NCBI GenBank assembly: GCA_002256025.1 | Contig: NKIB01009067.1 | Coordinates: 1 to 64,000, forward strand | Direction of reading: 5' to 3' | From: Asterionella formosa | Taxonomy: Eukaryota | Length of the DNA: 64,000 bases | Shown: one piece after another, positions 62,238 through 64,000 of the stretch | Position numbering within the stretch: position 1 is the first letter of the stretch | Layout of the letters: the number at the start of each line of letters is the position of its first letter | Translations under genes and position numbers: made by a program | The notes under the pieces: generated by a model | Databases searched by the model: none | What the model saw: the letters and a program-made list of their open reading frames with translations, nothing else | What the model was told of the DNA's origin: nothing

Positions 62238-63242
62238 TCATCGCGTTCCAATTTTGGCCTGTCGTAATGCACTGGGAGTCTCATCGTGCTCCGTACTCTC
62301 TGATTTTCGCTTCCTTGACTTGACCTGGTCTATTGTTGTCAATTGGAAAACCTTGCACTCCAAATCTACACCCCATGAGCAAGAAGACATACTTGAGAGC
62401 TCCTCTGATATATCTTTAACTTTCCAGTTGTGCTCGGAAGCCTTGCTTAAAAGCAATTTGTGCGAATCTTCACACCTTATTTGTAGGCAAAGGTAAACAG
62501 TTGTTTTTTTGTGGGCCATTAATCGCAGAGTAAAAAGAAGGGGCTCAACCAGTGATTGTGTGTATACCACATCCGTGCCCACTATTGTATCAAAGGAGTG
62601 CTCTTGGAGATTCCTTGGGAAGCGGGAAATATCATGATGAGGGGCAAGCCAATCCAGTTGCCTCGCCACGGCAAGATGTTTGTCTTTCTTTGTAGTCAAG
62701 ATACTTGCGTTTCTGATTACGTTTAACTCTAGATTACTCATAACATCACTGCACTCTGTTAATACGACTTTCTTTGCATACTTACTAACTGCCAGCACTA
62801 TCCCTAACATCCCACAGCCTGCGCCAACTTCCAGCACCTTACCAAGCTTCACTTTTCGTTCTAGTAGAAAAGTCAAAAGTAGATAAGAAGTCTCCCAAAC
62901 TATCTTACCTGTGTTGCTTTCATTTGATATTGATATATCCTGTCTAGCACTAATCACCAAATCCTGTTCAGATGACTTTATATGACAAGCCGAAAGTCGA
63001 TATCCAACGTGGGCAACGTTGGCAAGTTCAAAGAAAGCCAACGAGAGCGCATCAATTCCTCCTCCTGCTTGTTCCTGGGCTTTGACGACATCTTGAAATA
63101 TTAACGGCGAAGACTGGTTGCTCTGGTGGTCTGTCTCATGCTGTTTTGCCGACTTCGATTCATGCCCTGCCATTACTGTTTCTGGTGTGAGGGTTTTTCT
63201 TACTACACCATGGGGGAGGGAGAAATCAATTTTTTTTTTCAT
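62238..63242 (-). CDS. METTL21/EEF1AKMT-like protein lysine methyltransferase (Methyltransf_16); start uncertain
   Basis: TGKIVWETSYLL, VLEVGAGCG, LDW and GTDVVY motifs. Confidence 0.85.
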   Translation of the reverse strand: MKKKIDFSLPHGVVRKTLTPETVMAGHESKSAKQHETDHQSNQSSPLIFQDVVKAQEQAGGGIDALSLAFFELANVAHVGYRLSACHIKSSEQDLVISARQDISISNESNTGKIVWETSYLLLTFLLERKVKLGKVLEVGAGCGMLGIVLAVSKYAKKVVLTECSDVMSNLELNVIRNASILTTKKDKHLAVARQLDWLAPHHDISRFPRNLQEHSFDTIVGTDVVYTQSLVEPLLFTLRLMAHKKTTVYLCLQIRCEDSHKLLLSKASEHNWKVKDISEELSSMSSCSWGVDLECKVFQLTTIDQVKSRKRKSESTEHDETPSALRQAKIGTR

Positions 63243-64000
63243 GATCATAATTATCGTAATGAAAACCGGTGGTGGTAAATCTACATGTGCATAACATTTT
63301 GGATATGTAATGTATACCGGTATTCTCACATATATGTAGCTGCATCAAGAAGGGAATTACCGGTATACATGCATATATACCCCATAACATATGCTTAAAA
63401 TATACCGGTATATTACCGTTACAACAAGCAAAGCAAACTAGCAATGAAGGGCGGGGGGGTCCTTCTTTTGTATCATGCAACAACTACAGGTATCACTTTT
63501 CATTATAAACTGAAATACCGGTATCACTCATCCTCCACATTGAAAAATACATTTTACTTGTATCACCCAAAAGAATCATGGATATGCATTCAACTCCCGG
63601 TACATACAATGATGTATTTTTCCCTCCAGACTATTTTGATAGGTGTAACCAGTACTGACAACATGAAGGAAATCAATGATAGAATCTATAATTACAGGTA
63701 CTGGCGCCAGGTAGTTTGGTCTGCACCACAACGTATGTCTAAATACTAGACATCAATCAGAGAAGGTTTAATAAAATATGCATTTTACAGCCGTAAATAA
63801 AACAACAGCAAAAACCAACCAGTGCATACCGGTATACCTGGTACCAGGTACCGGTACCGGTAAGAAACAAATCAGCACGACAAACAAATCACATACAGGT
63901 AAACCTTTCAATTTATGAGAATACATTCAATTCATCGCTCGACGGGTAATATGTTCACCCTCTTCGCCAGTTTGTTCCCAATTCTGTTCCTGTTATTGGG

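Overview
Eukaryotic nuclear DNA, most likely from a diatom (stramenopile). This rests on short GT-AG introns, a bipartite plastid-targeting presequence (AVAF), calmodulin ending MMSK and a TTAGGG repeat. Compact islands of ordinary genes alternate with nests of decayed transposable elements. The genes are a PGM2-like phosphomutase, calmodulin, DPY-30, purple acid phosphatase, mitochondrial uL1, an RRM protein, a PP6-like phosphatase, a plastid delta-12 desaturase and a METTL21-like methyltransferase. The elements are an internally deleted Copia (10988-13627), a Gypsy with both LTRs and a CCAGG TSD (30528-42623), PIF/Harbinger-group, pogo-like, Crypton-like and LINE remnants, and a Helentron-like non-autonomous family. 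Most notable: (1) an intact METTL24/FkbM-like methyltransferase gene lies inside the Gypsy, its paralog lies 14 kb away, and both sit next to tyrosine-recombinase (Crypton-like) remnants; (2) non-coding DNA is saturated with TA-bounded palindromes (TACCAGGTA, TACCGGTA, GGTACC), and repeat copies differ by recurrent TA/TACTA/TAGTA micro-indels, suggesting an iterated transposon-footprint or HIP1-like process. All protein and TE family calls come from motif recognition by eye, not database searches.
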